NCBI RefSeq assembly: GCF_009914755.1
Contig: NC_060946.1
DNA from: the human T2T-CHM13v2.0 reference genome, Homo sapiens
Length of the DNA stretch: 64,000 bases
Strand: one strand, 5' to 3'
The position numbers were made by a program, and so were the translations under genes. Of the stretch, positions 41,048 to 54,190 are shown in pieces (position 1 is the first letter of the stretch; each line of letters begins with the position of its first letter). The notes below the pieces were generated by a model. That model did no database searches. It had not been told where the DNA came from and saw only the letters and a program-made list of their open reading frames with translations.

Positions 41048-43232
41048 GCTTTACTTCGATCTATCAAAGAATCGATATCCCAGGGCAAACTATCACCCAG
41101 ACACCCAGAGAGAGGGACAGGCTGGTGCAGAAAGTCACAGCTGAAATCAGCTTGCTGGTGCTAAGCTGCTGGAGCCAGCAACTTGTAGGAACACTAAACT
41201 AGTAATTGATGAATTGCTGGAGGCTGAGTGTGGACTAGTTGGAGAGGTAAAAACCCTGGTGGGGTGGGGGGTGGGGGGGCAGGATTTTGTAGAGTTTACC
41301 TCTAGGAACCCTAGGGTCTCAGGGTAAAGATCTGAAGATGGTACTAAAATTACTTCATGCCTCAGGAAAGGAAAGGGGAAAAATGGTCACCTGAAAATAC
41401 GCCCAGAGGGTTCTGCCCTGGGAACAAAAGTCTGCCCCCCATCGCCGCCCCCAGGGAAACAATTTGACCATAGGCTTATCTGACCTCTGGCTTTCCTCTT
41501 TCAGGAAGGGAAGAATAAAAAAGCTACACAACACTATTGAAGGTCATAGCTCAAGAACTCAGGCCCACGAAAAACAGTGAAACTTAATCATATTATATGA
41601 CACTTCTCCTGCCCCCCAACAGATTACAACTGATAGAGTTACAAAATATAGACTCTATTTAAGGAGTTCTTAGGTAAACCTCAAAACAACAAGAGAGGAG
41701 CAAACAAACAAACAAGGAACCTCAGCATCTGGCATCAGCAAACACAAAACACAACCCAGCTCGTTGGCAGATTAACATGAAATCTCACTCAAAAGGCCTG
41801 GACCCTTCAGCTCCTATTGCCAGAGACAGCACTTACAGCTTTCAGCAAAACATTGTAAGACATGCCAACAGGCATGGAAAAGCGCAGTAAGAAGAAGGAG
41901 AGCAAGCACCAAAACCCAACTCAGATATGGCACAGATGTCGGTATCATCAGACGGTGAATTTAAAATAACTATGATTGAAACATTACGGGCTCTAGCAGA
42001 GGAAGGATGCAACACGCGAGAACAGGTGGGTGATGTAAGCAGAGATGAAAATTCTAAGAATCAAAAGGAAATGGTAAAAATCCAAACACTTTAACAGAAA
42101 TAAAGAAATACCTTTGATGGGCTATTTAAGTAGACTAGACACGGTCAGAGAAAGCTTTCACAAGCTTGAATATGCGTCAATAAAGACTTCACACACTGAA
42201 ACACAAAGAGGAACATGTACAAAAACGTGGTACATAATAAACAAGAACCGTGAGACAATTACAAAAGGAGGTGTGGGTGTGTCATTGGAAGAACTAAAAG
42301 ATAAAAAAGAGAGAGAGGTGAGAAAATAAGAATAAGAAATACTTGAAATGTTTCTGAGAATTTTCCAAAAGTAATAACAGATACCAAACCACAGATCCAG
42401 GGAGCTCAGAGAACAGTAAGCAGGATAAATACCAAAGACGTACACCTGGGAGTATTAAATTCAAGCTGCAGGAAACCTAAGACAAAAAGAAAATCTTGAA
42501 ATAAATTGCAGGGGGTGCAAAACAAATAAATGGAAACCTCACCCGAGAATTACGACAGACTTCTCATCAGAAACAATGCAAGCAAGAAGAGATTTGAGTG
42601 AAATATTTAAAGTGTTGGAAGCAAAACCCACCAACTCAGATTTCTGTATTTAGCAAAAATATCCTTCAAAAGGGAAGGAGAAATATTTTTCCAGCCAGAC
42701 AAAACTAAGCTAGTGAACAGCAGAAATGCCCTTCAGCAAATGGTAAAAGACATTCTTAAAAGAGAAAGAAAATTACATAGGTCAGAAACACAGACTTACA
42801 TTAAAAAATAAAGCACATCAGGGAAAGAATGAAAGTAAAATAAAATACTCCATTTTCTTATTCTTAATTTGTTTAATAGATTACAATTAAAAGTTATAAT
42901 AGCCACAATGTGTTGGGTGATCATAGCACACATAAATGAAATGAATGACTGTGATATTACAAGGAGGGAGGGAAGAATTTGGAATGCTATGTTATAAAGA
43001 AACAATGCCTTCACTACTCACAAAGTGATACAGCATTCTTTGAAAGTAGACTTAGATTAGTTGTAAATGTATATTTTTTATGGATGCAAATTTTGTAAAA
43101 AGGGAAATCACTAATTTTTTTAAAAAGAAATATAATTGATATACTAATGCAAATCAGAAAATGAAATAATAGAAAATGCTCAATTAAAACTGAAAAAGGC
43201 AGAGAAAGAGGGTAAGATTAAAAATAGAAGCA

Positions 43233-43650
43233 GGCTAGGCATGGTGGCTCTTGCCTATAATCCCAGCACTTTGGGAAGCCAAGGAGGAGGGACTGCTTGA
43301 GACCAGGGGTTTGAGACCAGGGGCTTAAGACCAGTCTATGCAACATAGCAAGACCCTATCTCTACAAAAAGTTTTTAAATTAGCTGGGCATGGTGGCCTG
43401 CATCTATAGTCCCAGGTACTCATGAGGCTAAGGTGGGAGGATTGACTTGATCCCAGGAGCTGGAGGCTACAGTGAGCTATGATCATGCCAGAGACCACAA
43501 GAAAAGAAGGAAGGAAGGGAGGGAGGGAGGGAAGGAGGAGAAAGAAATAGAAAGGAAGGAAGGAAGGAAGGGAGGGAGGCAGGGAGGGAGGGAGGGAGGG
43601 AAAAAAGAAGGAGGGAGGGAGGGAGTGAAATAAAGAAAGGAAAAAAGAAA
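43233..43650 (+). mobile_element. AluJ with (GGAA/GGGA)n tail
   Basis: GGCTAGGCATGGTGGCTCTTGCCTATAATCCCAGC...GCTACAGTGAGCTATGATCATGCCA then a purine repeat; small internal duplication of GAGACCAGGGG. Confidence 0.9.
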
Positions 43651-43764
43651 GGATAAGTGTAATGAATAGAAAACAGTAACAAAGATGGTGGATGTTAATG
43701 CAGCTATATCAATATTCACTTTAAACGTGAATCGTCTGAATATACAAATTAAAAAATCAGATAC

Positions 43765-43838
43765 TGGTTGTTCTGCCTATGGAGTAACCATTCTTTTATT
43801 CCTTTACTTCTTAATACATTTGCTTATAATAAATAAAT
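43765..43838 (+). mobile_element. Short MER41-like LTR 3' fragment with A-rich tail and TSD
   Basis: CTGCCTATGGAGTAACCATTCTTTTATTCCTTTACTTCTTAATACATTTGCTT followed by ATAATAAATAAAT, flanked by AAATCAGATAC at 43754-43764 and 43839-43849. Confidence 0.7.
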
Positions 43839-45490
43839 AAATCAGATACAGTCAGAGCAGATTTAAGAAAAATAAGACCCAACTTTATGTGAGCTACAAG
43901 AAACCTATTTTAAATGTAAAGGCACAGATATATCACAAGTAAAAGGATGGAGAAAGATATACCACGCTGCTAAAACTGATCAAAAGACAGCTTGAGTAGC
44001 TATATTAATTTGGGGCAAAGCAGACTTTAGAACAGGAAAAAATTTATAGATAAAGAGAGCCATTACATAATAATAAAGGGGTTTGTCCTCCACCGATACA
44101 TAAGAATCCTTGGTGTATATGCAGCTAACAACAGAGCATCAAAATAGGAGAGGCAACACTCAAAGAGCTGCAACGAGAAACAGACAAATCCACTATTAAA
44201 GCTGGAGACTTCAACGCCCTCTCTCAGTAACTGACAGATCCAGCAGGCACAAAATCATAAGGACATAGTTGAACTAAACAGCACTATCAATCAACTGGAT
44301 CTAATTGACATTTATAGAAGACTTCACCCAACAACAGCCAAATACACAATCTTCTCAAGCACACATGGGACATTAACCAAGATAGACATTCTGGGCCACA
44401 AAACACACCTTAGCAAATTTGAAAGAATATAAATCATAGAAAGTATGCTTTCTAGACCACAATGGAACTAAACTAGAAATCAATAACAAAAGCTAGGTGG
44501 AAAATATCAAAATATTTGGAGATTCAATAACACACTGCTAAATGACACATGGGTCAAAGGAATCTCAAGAGAAACTGTAAAGTATTTTGAGGAAAATAAA
44601 AGTACGACCTATCAAAGTTTGCAAGATGTAATGAAGGCAATGCTTAGAGGGAAATGTATAGCACTGAATGCATATATTAAAAAAGAAGATCACAAATCAA
44701 TATTCTAAGTTTCCACATTAAGAAGCTCTAAAAAGAAGAGTAAATTAAGTTTAAAATCAGCAGAAGAAAAGACTAATACAAATTAGAGCAGAAATCAATG
44801 ACATTTAAAATGGAAATCAATACAGAAAAATCAATGGCATTAAAAGCTGGTTCTTTGACAAGATCAATAAAAGTGATAAACCTCTAGCCTGACTAACCAA
44901 GAAATAAAGAAAGGCAAATTACTTATCTCAGAGATGAAAGAAAGGGCATCCCTACTGATCCCATGGACATTAAAAATATAATAAAGACATGTTATGAACA
45001 ACTTTGTGCTCACTACTAGTTGTCAACTCTAGTTCTTTACCACTGCTCTTAATATTATAGTGGCAGTCCTGGTTAATGCAATAAGACAAGAAAAAATGAA
45101 AGGTATACAGACTGGGAAAGAAGAAATAAAATGGTGCTTGTTTACACATGACATGATTGTCTATACAGAAAATTCTAAATAAACACACACACACACACAC
45201 ACACCCCACCCACCCCTCTCAGAACTCATGATCAATCAAGCAAAGTCTCAAGATACAAAGTCAACATACAAAAGGTGGTTGCTTTCCTATATATGCTATC
45301 TACGAGAACAACTGGAATTTGAAATTAAAAGCACGTCATTTCCATTTGCATCCCCCAAAGTGAAATACTTAACTATAAATCTAACAAAATGTGTTCAAGA
45401 TTATGGAAGGAAAAGAAACTTATGAAATAAAAGAAGACCAAAATAAATAGATGTTCCATTTTCATGGATAAAAGGTCCTAATATTGTTAA

Positions 45491-45983
45491 TGACGTAGGA
45501 GGCAGGACTCAACTCTGGGGGCAGGGCTTGGACTCTGGACCAGATTGAAGACTGGCTGAAACAGGAAACAGGGAAGAGGTGAAAGCGCCTCTTCGTGAGA
45601 CACGCCCACCAGCACCATGTCAGTTTGCTATTGCCATGGCAACACCCAAAATGTACTGCCCTTTTCCATGACAATGGCCTGACAACCTGGAAATTATCAC
45701 CCTTTTTCTAGAAATTTCTGCATTGTCTGCTCCTTAATTTTGCATATAACTAAAAGGGGGTATAACTATGCCTTCAGCACTGCCTCTGAGCTGCTGCTCT
45801 GGGCACACTGCCTATGGGGTAGCCCTGCTCTGCAGGGAGCAGCACCTCTGCTGTTGCTGTACACGTCCACTTCAATAAAAGTTGCTATTTAACACCACCA
45901 GCTCACCCTTGAATTCTTTCCTGGGCAAAGCCAAAACCCTCCCAGGCTAAGCCCCAATTTTGGGGCTCACCTGCCTTGCATTG
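45491..45983 (+). mobile_element. ERV1-class solo LTR (MER66-like) inserted in L1 ORF2
   Basis: Starts TG and ends TGCATTG; 4-bp TSD TTAA whose removal restores L1 AATATTGTTAAGATGTCAA; contains ATTGCCATGGCAAC and AATAAA at 45874. Confidence 0.75.
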
Positions 45984-47423
45984 TTAAGATGTCAATTTTT
46001 TCCATGTTGATATACAGAGTCAGTGCAATCCCAATCAAAATTCTAGTACGTTATTTTGTGGATATTGAGAAACTGAGTCTAAATTTTATATAGAAAGTCA
46101 AAGACCTAAAAGAGTCAACACATTACTGAAAAAGGAAGAACAAAGCTGGGGGACTGACATTACCCAACTTCAAGACAAGCTATAAAGATGCAGTAATCAA
46201 AAGAGCATGGTATGAGAGAAAGAACAGACCAATAGATCCATGGAACAGAACGGAGTGCTCAGAAATAGACCCACACAAACACGGCTGACCTTTGGCAAAG
46301 AAGCAAAGGCAATTCAATAAGAATGGCTGCTCTTTTCAATGAATTGCTGGAGTAATTGGCCATCCACATGCAAAAAAAAAAAAAAATGAATTTAGACACA
46401 GACCTTACATCATTCACAAAAATTAACTCAATATGGATTGTAGATCTATGTGGAAAATACAAAACTATAAAACTTTTAGAAGATATCACAGGAGAAAATC
46501 CAGGGAACCTTGGACTTGGAGATGACTTTTAAGATACAATGCCAAAAGTATGATTTAGGAAAGAAAAAAATTGATATGTTGCATTTCATTGAAATTTGAA
46601 ACTTCTATTCTGAAAAGCACTGTTAAGAGAATGAAAAGACAAGCCACAGACTTGGAAACCATTGTTGCAAAGCACATGTCAGATAAAGGACTTGTACTTA
46701 AAATATACAGAGAAATTATTTCACTCAATTTCCCAAAGTCGTTAAACTCAACAATAAGCAAACAAACCCAATTTTCAAATGAACAGACATCTCACCATAG
46801 GAGATACACAGATGGCAAGTAAGCATAAAGGGAGACGCTCAATATCATATGTCATTAGGGAACTGCAAAATAAAACAACAATGACACATTACTACACACT
46901 TATTAGAATGACTAAAACCCAAAACACTGACAATAGCCAATGCTGCTGAAGATGTGGAGTAAGAGGAACTCTCATTCATTGCTGGTAAGATGCAAAATGG
47001 TACAGCCACTTTGGAAGACAGTTGAGCAGCTCCTCACAAAGGTAAACAGGCCCTAAACATACTCTTACCACACAGTTAATTAGTAATTGTGTCTTTAGAA
47101 AAACAAAAGCTTCACATAACTATCTATAGCAGTTTTATTCATAATTGCCAAAACTGGAAGCAGCTAAGATGTCCTTCAATAGATGAATGGATACAGCCTC
47201 ACATTGGAATATTACTCAGTGATTAAAAACAAATGAGCTATCAAGCCATGGAAGGACATGGAGAAACGTTAAATGCGTATTGTTAAGTGCAATAAGTCAC
47301 TCTGAAAAGGCTGCATATTGTATGATTTCAATTACATAACATTCTGAGAAAGGCAAAGCAATGGACATAGTAAAAGTTCAGCGCTAGCCAGAAGTCTGAG
47401 CTACGGCAAGGAGTGATGAGTAG

Positions 47424-47664
47424 GTGGAGCACGGGGGATTTTTATGTGGAGCACAAGGGATTTTATGTGGAGCACAGGGAATTTTTATGTGAAGCACGGC
47501 GGATTTTTATGTGGAGCACGGGGGATTTTTATGTGGAGCACGGCGGATTTTTATGTGGAGCACGGCGGATTTTTATGTGGAGCACGGCGGATTTTTATGT
47601 GGAGCACGGCGGATTTTTATGTGGAGCACGGCGGATTTTTATGTGGAGCACGGGGGATTTTTTT
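47424..47664. repeat. 22-bp minisatellite, 11 copies, inside the L1MC 3' UTR
   Basis: Unit GTGGAGCACGGCGGATTTTTAT. Confidence 0.97.
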
Positions 47665-48339
47665 GTGATGAAAGTGTTCTGAAGCCCAGCAATCGGCGGT
47701 AACTGCCATTTGCATTTGTTAAAGCCCAGACAGCTTTACCCACAACACAGAGTGAACCGGAATGTAAACTATGGGCTTTAGTTAGTTACAATGTATCAAT
47801 ACTGGTTCATTAATAGTAACAAATGTAGCACACTAATGCAAGATTTTAATAATGGAGAAAAGTAAAGGCACATGTGGGAACTCTGTGCTTTCTGTTCGAT
47901 ATGTCTGTAAATCTAAAAAAATAAGTCTGTTAATGAAAAACATATATACTGAGAAACTGTGTCAGGTTTACAAAGATGAAACAATTAAACAGTCCCAGCC
48001 ATTACTTTTAAGGATCCACTGTCTGGTGTAAGAGACAGCATCATATGTCAGCTTTCATGGGGAAGTCAGGAAGGACATGAGATGGACAGCGCCCAGGATG
48101 AAACACTCAGCTCCTTGCAGGAGAGGGACCAGGAGAGGCTTCTGTCAATGCTAAAGTGTCATGAAAATACAAGCCAGTGATTATTATTGGGGTTGCCGTG
48201 GCTCCTGCGGTATCTCACGTACAGATTTCAATATTTACATGACTCAGCTCTGCAGCTTTATTTATCCTCCCTCCCAGAGCTCTGGAAAGCAGGAACTGGG
48301 ATTTTCTTCTAGGTGTTGTGGAAACCATCGGATAATTGT

Positions 48340-49060
48340 CATCAGGGGAGTTTGAAATATCATTCTGGCTGCTGTATGGTAAAGGGATTGAGGAGCAAGA
48401 AGGGAAGGCAACTCGAAGGCCAAGTCTAAGGTGAAGTAAGAATAATAGTGACTGGGGCTAAAATGCCAGCAACGGAGACAGGGGGAGGGAAGCAGAGAGA
48501 TTCAAGATGTATTCTGCAGGAAAAGTCAGCTTCCCAGGTCAAAAAACTGCTCAAGCCATCTGAAGGACAGAGAATTCAGTGATCATGCCTAGATTTCTGG
48601 CTTAAACAATTGCAAAATGATGAGGTTTATCAATCCGGGAAGACGAGCATTGAAAAAATAAAAGTGCGGGTTAACAAAAGTTGAATTTCTATGTTGCCAG
48701 CGTTAAGCCTGAAATGCACATTTTACATGCACATGGAGATGTTATGTCAGCTTCTTGATGCAGAATTATAGATGTTGACAAAGAACTTTGAGGTACTCCA
48801 ACCTTTAAATATCAATTAAAAGAGGAGCCAGCAAAGTGGGTGCGATGAATAGCCCAGGGAAGAGAAGATAAACCAGGAGAACACACTGATAGAAAATCCA
48901 AAAGGAAAACGGCGAAAAGAAGGAAGGGTCAGCTGGATCCAGTGTTGCCGTGGGATCTTCTGTGATAAGAGCATTGACTAATGGACTTGGCAATGAGAAA
49001 AATCGCTGGAGATTTTCTCAAGATCAACATTGTGAGGTGGAGGGGACAGATGGCCAGAGG
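48340..49060 (-). mobile_element. L2 fragments
   Basis: ATCATTCTGGCTGCTGTATGG..., CCTAGATTTCTGGCTTAAACAATTG, TGGACTTGGCAATGAG are antisense L2-like. Confidence 0.55.
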
Positions 49061-49459
49061 GAGAGAAAGGTGGAGGACGGAGCAATGGGAAACGGATGAA
49101 GGGTGAGTGAAAGAGGAACTAGGTATAGGTGGATCAATGGAGGGAGCGATGGATAATTGGATAGCTGGGTGAATGGATACGCAGATAAACTGAGGGAAAT
49201 GATTAACCGATCGAGTGATCAATTTATAACAGAGGAGATGCATTGATTAAAGATGGTGCCCAATACGGCATGATGAAGGAGAATTAAAGGAACCTGATGT
49301 TGTGAAGTGGGTATCATTAGGTCAGATGGAAAGGTGGCATTAGGATAGCCATAAATGAGCTGCTTCTGAGTCAGGGAGGACTTAGTTCAAAGGTGGGGAA
49401 GAAAGAGGACTTTAGAACCACTGATCCTTAGTTCACATAGCATGCTTTAAACATTTATG

Positions 49460-49767
49460 GATTATTAAGGGCTGTTTCCTTTAAGGCAACAGAAATGCAA
49501 CTCAGACTCAATTAACAAAACAGGGAATTTATTGTTTTGAATAACTGGAACGTCTCAAGGTCAGACTGATCTTCTGGCACCACTAGATCCAGACTCCCGG
49601 GCGTCCTCAGGGCCTCCTGCTCTGCCTTCCTCCCAACTGACTTCATTTACAGAAAAAATGCTAACAGGGATGACTTTTCCCACAATGGGGCAAAATTAGC
49701 TCTTACTGGGCAAAAAATCTTAGCTATTATAATGGTTTTGGGACCCCACAAAAGGCCCCAGTATATT

Positions 49768-49826
<59 letters not shown>

Positions 49827-50565
49827 TATTAAAACATAACAAGTGGGTAGTAGTGACTGCAGTAAAATTGTCTAAAAATCACTTCATGGGTCAATAATAA
49901 GAAAAGATTGAGACACATCAGTATATGGACAGGCTTTCCCACAGGTGACAACAAGATTCTATCCTTCTAGGAGGTCAAGTTCAGGTAGAAGGCAACACCC
50001 CTTCCTAATGGTCCAGCCAAAAGTCCTAGGGCTGCCTCTCAGCCAGCAGGTTTGATCCTGGGCCTAGCACTGTGTCTCTGAGTAGCCAGGATTTAGGCAT
50101 ATGATCATGCTGGGGCTTTGGGGAAGGCATCAACCTCACCTGCACAAGAGGAGGGAGCATATCACCCCCCAAAAAACTGATGAAGATGGGAAGGGGAAAA
50201 TGATTTGGAATGGGTAGAGACCAAAAGATGTGTGTCCCAGAACGGTTGCATGCCAGTTAGGTAGGGTGGAAGCCTGTTGCTACGATGTGGGGAAGGTTGT
50301 CTGCTTCTCAACCTGTGGCCAGTGAAATGTATGCAGAATTGATGTGTATCAGCTCCGGACAAACATTTTCAGGGCCATGATGCTCTATCTCCTGCGGCAC
50401 TGCTATTGAAAGCACAGGGATAGATTGCTCTTCTGTGAACCTGAGTCTCTGAGGCTACAGCAGCCCCTGACTACGTACTCAGTGAGAAGCAAGCTGGGTT
50501 CAGTCACTGGCCCAGGGGCATTTTTGTTATCACAGCATAACCAGGTCTATACTGACAGCTACACT
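49460..50565. mobile_element. Old MLT1 fragments with an inserted DNA-transposon-like piece (~49665-49920)
   Basis: GGCAACAGAAATGCAACTCAGACTC...GGGAATTTATTG (antisense MLT1-like); TTGTTATCACAGCATAACCAGGTCTATACTGAC (MLT1 3'-like). Confidence 0.45.
49771..49825. repeat. (AT)27 perfect microsatellite
   Basis: Direct reading. Confidence 0.97.
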
Positions 50566-51058
50566 TGGCAATAACTTTAAGGTACTATAGACTAAGAACT
50601 TTGCTTTATGGCACATGATCTAATTAAATGAGTTAGCAAACACAAGGAATATAGAAAAATGGAGAAATAACAGTTCCTTAAAAGTTTGTCTCTAACACAT
50701 GATCATTCACTTTGCATTGTCATGCCAAGCCATCATTCATGGCTGAATTTTTTTTTTGATGACCTCACTTAGTGTCCCTGGGCATTGCTTGAGTGAGAAC
50801 CATGTGCTATAGATGCCCTGATTTCATTCCTAGTGTCTGTTCTGAGCACCCTCTGGGTGTCAGATTCTGGGGCAGTTACACACCCAGTCAGTCCACAAAT
50901 CTTTATCAAGACTTCTTATGGGTCAGGTAATGAGCTAGACTCTAAGAATAAAGTGTGAAACAAAGACTTATTGAAAAAGAAAAGAGCCATATAAATCTGA
51001 TGACGTGGCTTTTCTTGTAAAACAGCAAGCTTATTCTGTATAGTTCATGCATTATTGA

Positions 51059-51422
51059 CTTCAGAATTAACTTAAATGAGTATAGCTGATGAATCAATGA
51101 CTTGTGACAACTTTGGGCAGTGGGTCTCAACGAATTCAGCTTCCTAGGCCTTCAGAATTAACTTAAATGAGTATAGCTGATGAATCAATGACTTGTGACA
51201 ACTTTGGGCAGTGGGTCTCAACGAATTCAGCTTCCTAGGCCTTCAGAATTAACTTAAATGAGTATAGCTGATGAATCAATGACTTGTGACAACTTTGGGC
51301 AGTGGGTCTCAACGAATTCAGCTTCCTAGGCCTTCAGAATTAACTTAAATGAGTATAGCTGATGAATCAATGACTTGTGACAACTTTGGGCAGTGGGTTT
51401 CAATGAATTCAGATCCCTAGGC
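51059..51422. repeat. 91-bp tandem repeat, 4 copies
   Basis: CTTCAGAATTAACTTAAATGAG... starts at 51059, 51150, 51241 and 51332; copies 1-3 identical. Confidence 0.98.
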
Positions 51423-51532
51423 CCCACCCAACACCTGCTGAATCAGAATCAGGAGATTGAGCCTAGAAATCTGGATCTTTGATCACGTATTCTGGGAGAC
51501 TCTGACACATTCCAAAATTTGAACATCTTTGC
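51391..51532. mobile_element. MER5-like hAT-Charlie element
   Basis: CAGTGGGTTTCAA...AGATCCCTAGGCCCCACCCAACACCTGCTGAATCAGAATC...GAGCCTAGAAATCTG...AAATTTGAAC. Confidence 0.65.
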
Positions 51533-51896
51533 TCCAAGTTGTAATTAGTCATTGAAACATTAGTGAGAATGGGTGCCAGACCCTCGGTAAGCCAAGTACT
51601 GAGAATGGTACTGAGGAAGCACGCTTCACTCAAAACTTCTCATGAGCACTCTCTTGCAAAATGATCAAAGATTTTTCAAGGAAAATAATAAAAGCTTTGC
51701 TCTAAAAGTCCTAATGTCTGCAGAGACTCTTGGTGTGCGTTATTACGCACCAGCTGCTTGGCTATGTCAACGTGGAGCAGCCTGGATCTGCCCTGGGATG
51801 GCCTTCATCTGAGCACTTGGCCGCCTGTGCCTCACACAAAGCTTCAGGGCTGCACCTCTGGAACAAGAGAGAGACAAGAAATAGAAGATATTTCTA

Positions 51897-52186
<290 letters not shown>

Positions 52187-53094
52187 GACTAAAATTTACT
52201 TGGAAGATTATAGAACACTCCTCCCCAAATATTAACCCCACACCAACAGGTTCCCATATAACAGTGGACCCTCTGCAAAGAGCTGCAAGGCACAGACCCT
52301 CTTTAAGAAGGAGTTTTTAGGGAAACCCAAAGACAGTAGGGAGATAAACAGACATTCTCTGAAGAGGATTACTTAGGAAAGCGCCAAGTGCAGAAGGCAC
52401 ACACAACAAGAAAGTTAGAGGGACCGGAAACCTCCATCGCCTACAGCCATAGCAAACAAGAAAGCGTCTCACTCAGCCGTGTTAATACACTCCTAAAATT
52501 AAAGGCCAATTTACCTCCATTCCTATCACTCAATACAATCTTTCTGACTTTCAACAAGAAAAAATCTCAAGGCCTACCAAAAGGCAATCAAAAACACAGT
52601 TCAAAGAAATAAAACAATCATCAGAAATAGATTAATATATAATAACCTATAAAAAGTTAGAAATATCAGGGAGGCATTTAAATAACTACAATCAGTATCT
52701 CATAGGTTCTAGCAGGAACTAAAAACCATGCAAAAAGAGATGAGCAATGTAAGCAGATAGATGGGAACTAAAAAAACTAAAAGATATGCTGGAAATAAAA
52801 AATACTGTACAGAAATAAAGAATGTTTAATGGCTCATCGAAAAACTTGACACAATTAAGAAAAGCATCATTGAAATTCCACATAGGTCAATGGAGACTTC
52901 CCAAAGTAATACGTAAAAATAAACTTATATTGAGTGAGGGAAAGATGTCAAACAACTGTGGGACAGTAGGCAAAGATGCAGCATACACAAAAATGGAATA
53001 TCAGAAGGAAGAAAGAGAGAATGAAGCAGAGAAAGTATTTGAAGTAAAAATGACCAAGAATGATTCCAAATTAATGGCAGACACCAAGCTACAG

Positions 53095-53370
53095 GCCATG
53101 AACTTCATGTTTCCCCAGTAGTTGCATGTTAAAGCCCTAAATGTGATTATATTTGGAGATTGGGGCTTTACAGAGGTGATTAACTTAAAATGACGTTACT
53201 GGGGGACGCTAACCCAATCTGACTGGTGTCCTCATAAGAATAGATTTGGGCACAATGAGACCCCAAAAGTCACGTGCACAGAGGGTCAGCCAAGTGAAGA
53301 GCCAGCAGGCGAGAGGCCACCTGCAAACCTAGGACACCCCCCAGGAAACCAGCTCTGCTGACACCTCTTG
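53095..53370 (+). mobile_element. MLT1A/MSTD-like LTR fragment nested in L1
   Basis: GTGATTATATTTGGAGATTGGGGCTTTACAGAGGTGATTAACTTAAAATGA...CTAACCCAATCTGACTGGTGTCCTCATAAGA. Confidence 0.75.
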
Positions 53371-54190
53371 AAGAGAAAAACTCAGTGAACACCAAGAAAG
53401 GAATTGTAAAGAGAACTTACACACAAACAAATAACAACAAAAACACCTGCAGAAAAGCAAAGACAACAAGATAATCCTGAAAGCAGCTCCGGGGCAGGAA
53501 ACTTAATCATGGAGAGACAAGTCACGAATCACAGAAAACTTTTTGTCAGAAACCACGCAGGCAAGATAGGAGTGGAGTGAGTTTTTTAGGTGTTGAAAGA
53601 AAAAACTAAGAACTCTACATCCAGCCAATTTATCTCTCAAATGTGAATGAGAAATCCTTCTGGAACAAACGAAAACTGGGAATTCACCACTATCAGACCC
53701 ACCCCGCAAGAAAGGGTCAAAGTTGTTTTTCAGGGAAAAGGAAAATGATATGTGTGGGACACTTGTGTCTGCATTAAAAAAAGAAACGATGTCATAAGAA
53801 ATAAATGAGAGTTAGTAAAATCTTTTTTTATTCTTAATTGATCTGAAGATAACTGCTTGATTGAAATGATAATAGTAACAATATATTAGATGATTATAGT
53901 ATATGGATAAATTGTCACACATGATGGGAAGGAAAAACTTGGAATATATCCGCACCACATGAAACGGTATAGTGTCATTCGAAGTCAGATTTTAAATATT
54001 CAACAATGCACAACAATGAAACTCCAGCACAATCACTAAAAATAATATAATATGCTAAGAAAGGAGATGAAGTTATATAAAATGCTCAGTTAAAACCAGG
54101 AAAATAAAAACAGGAAAAGAAGGGAAACACAAAGAAAAAAGAATAAATGTAATAAGTAGAAATAATTACAAACATGTCAGGTATTAATCC

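Larger units (their letters stand above)
40430..47940 (+). mobile_element. Near-full-length decayed L1 (L1MC-type) with nested insertions and an internal ORF2 deletion
   Basis: 5'/ORF1-like sequence ~41050-42800; ORF2 endonuclease start ATATTCACTTTAAACGTGAATCG (~43712); ORF2 C-terminal remnant in ORF 46571-46822 (KRMKRQATDLETIVAKHMSDKGLVLKIYRE); L1MC-like 3' UTR AATGTAAACTATGGGCTTTAG...AACAAATGTAGCACACTAATGCAAG. Confidence 0.9.

Noticed and set aside
51059-51422. Possible CRISPR-like array
   Set aside because: Head-to-tail identical units with no unique spacers and no cas genes, in primate DNA; the same applies to the other tandem arrays
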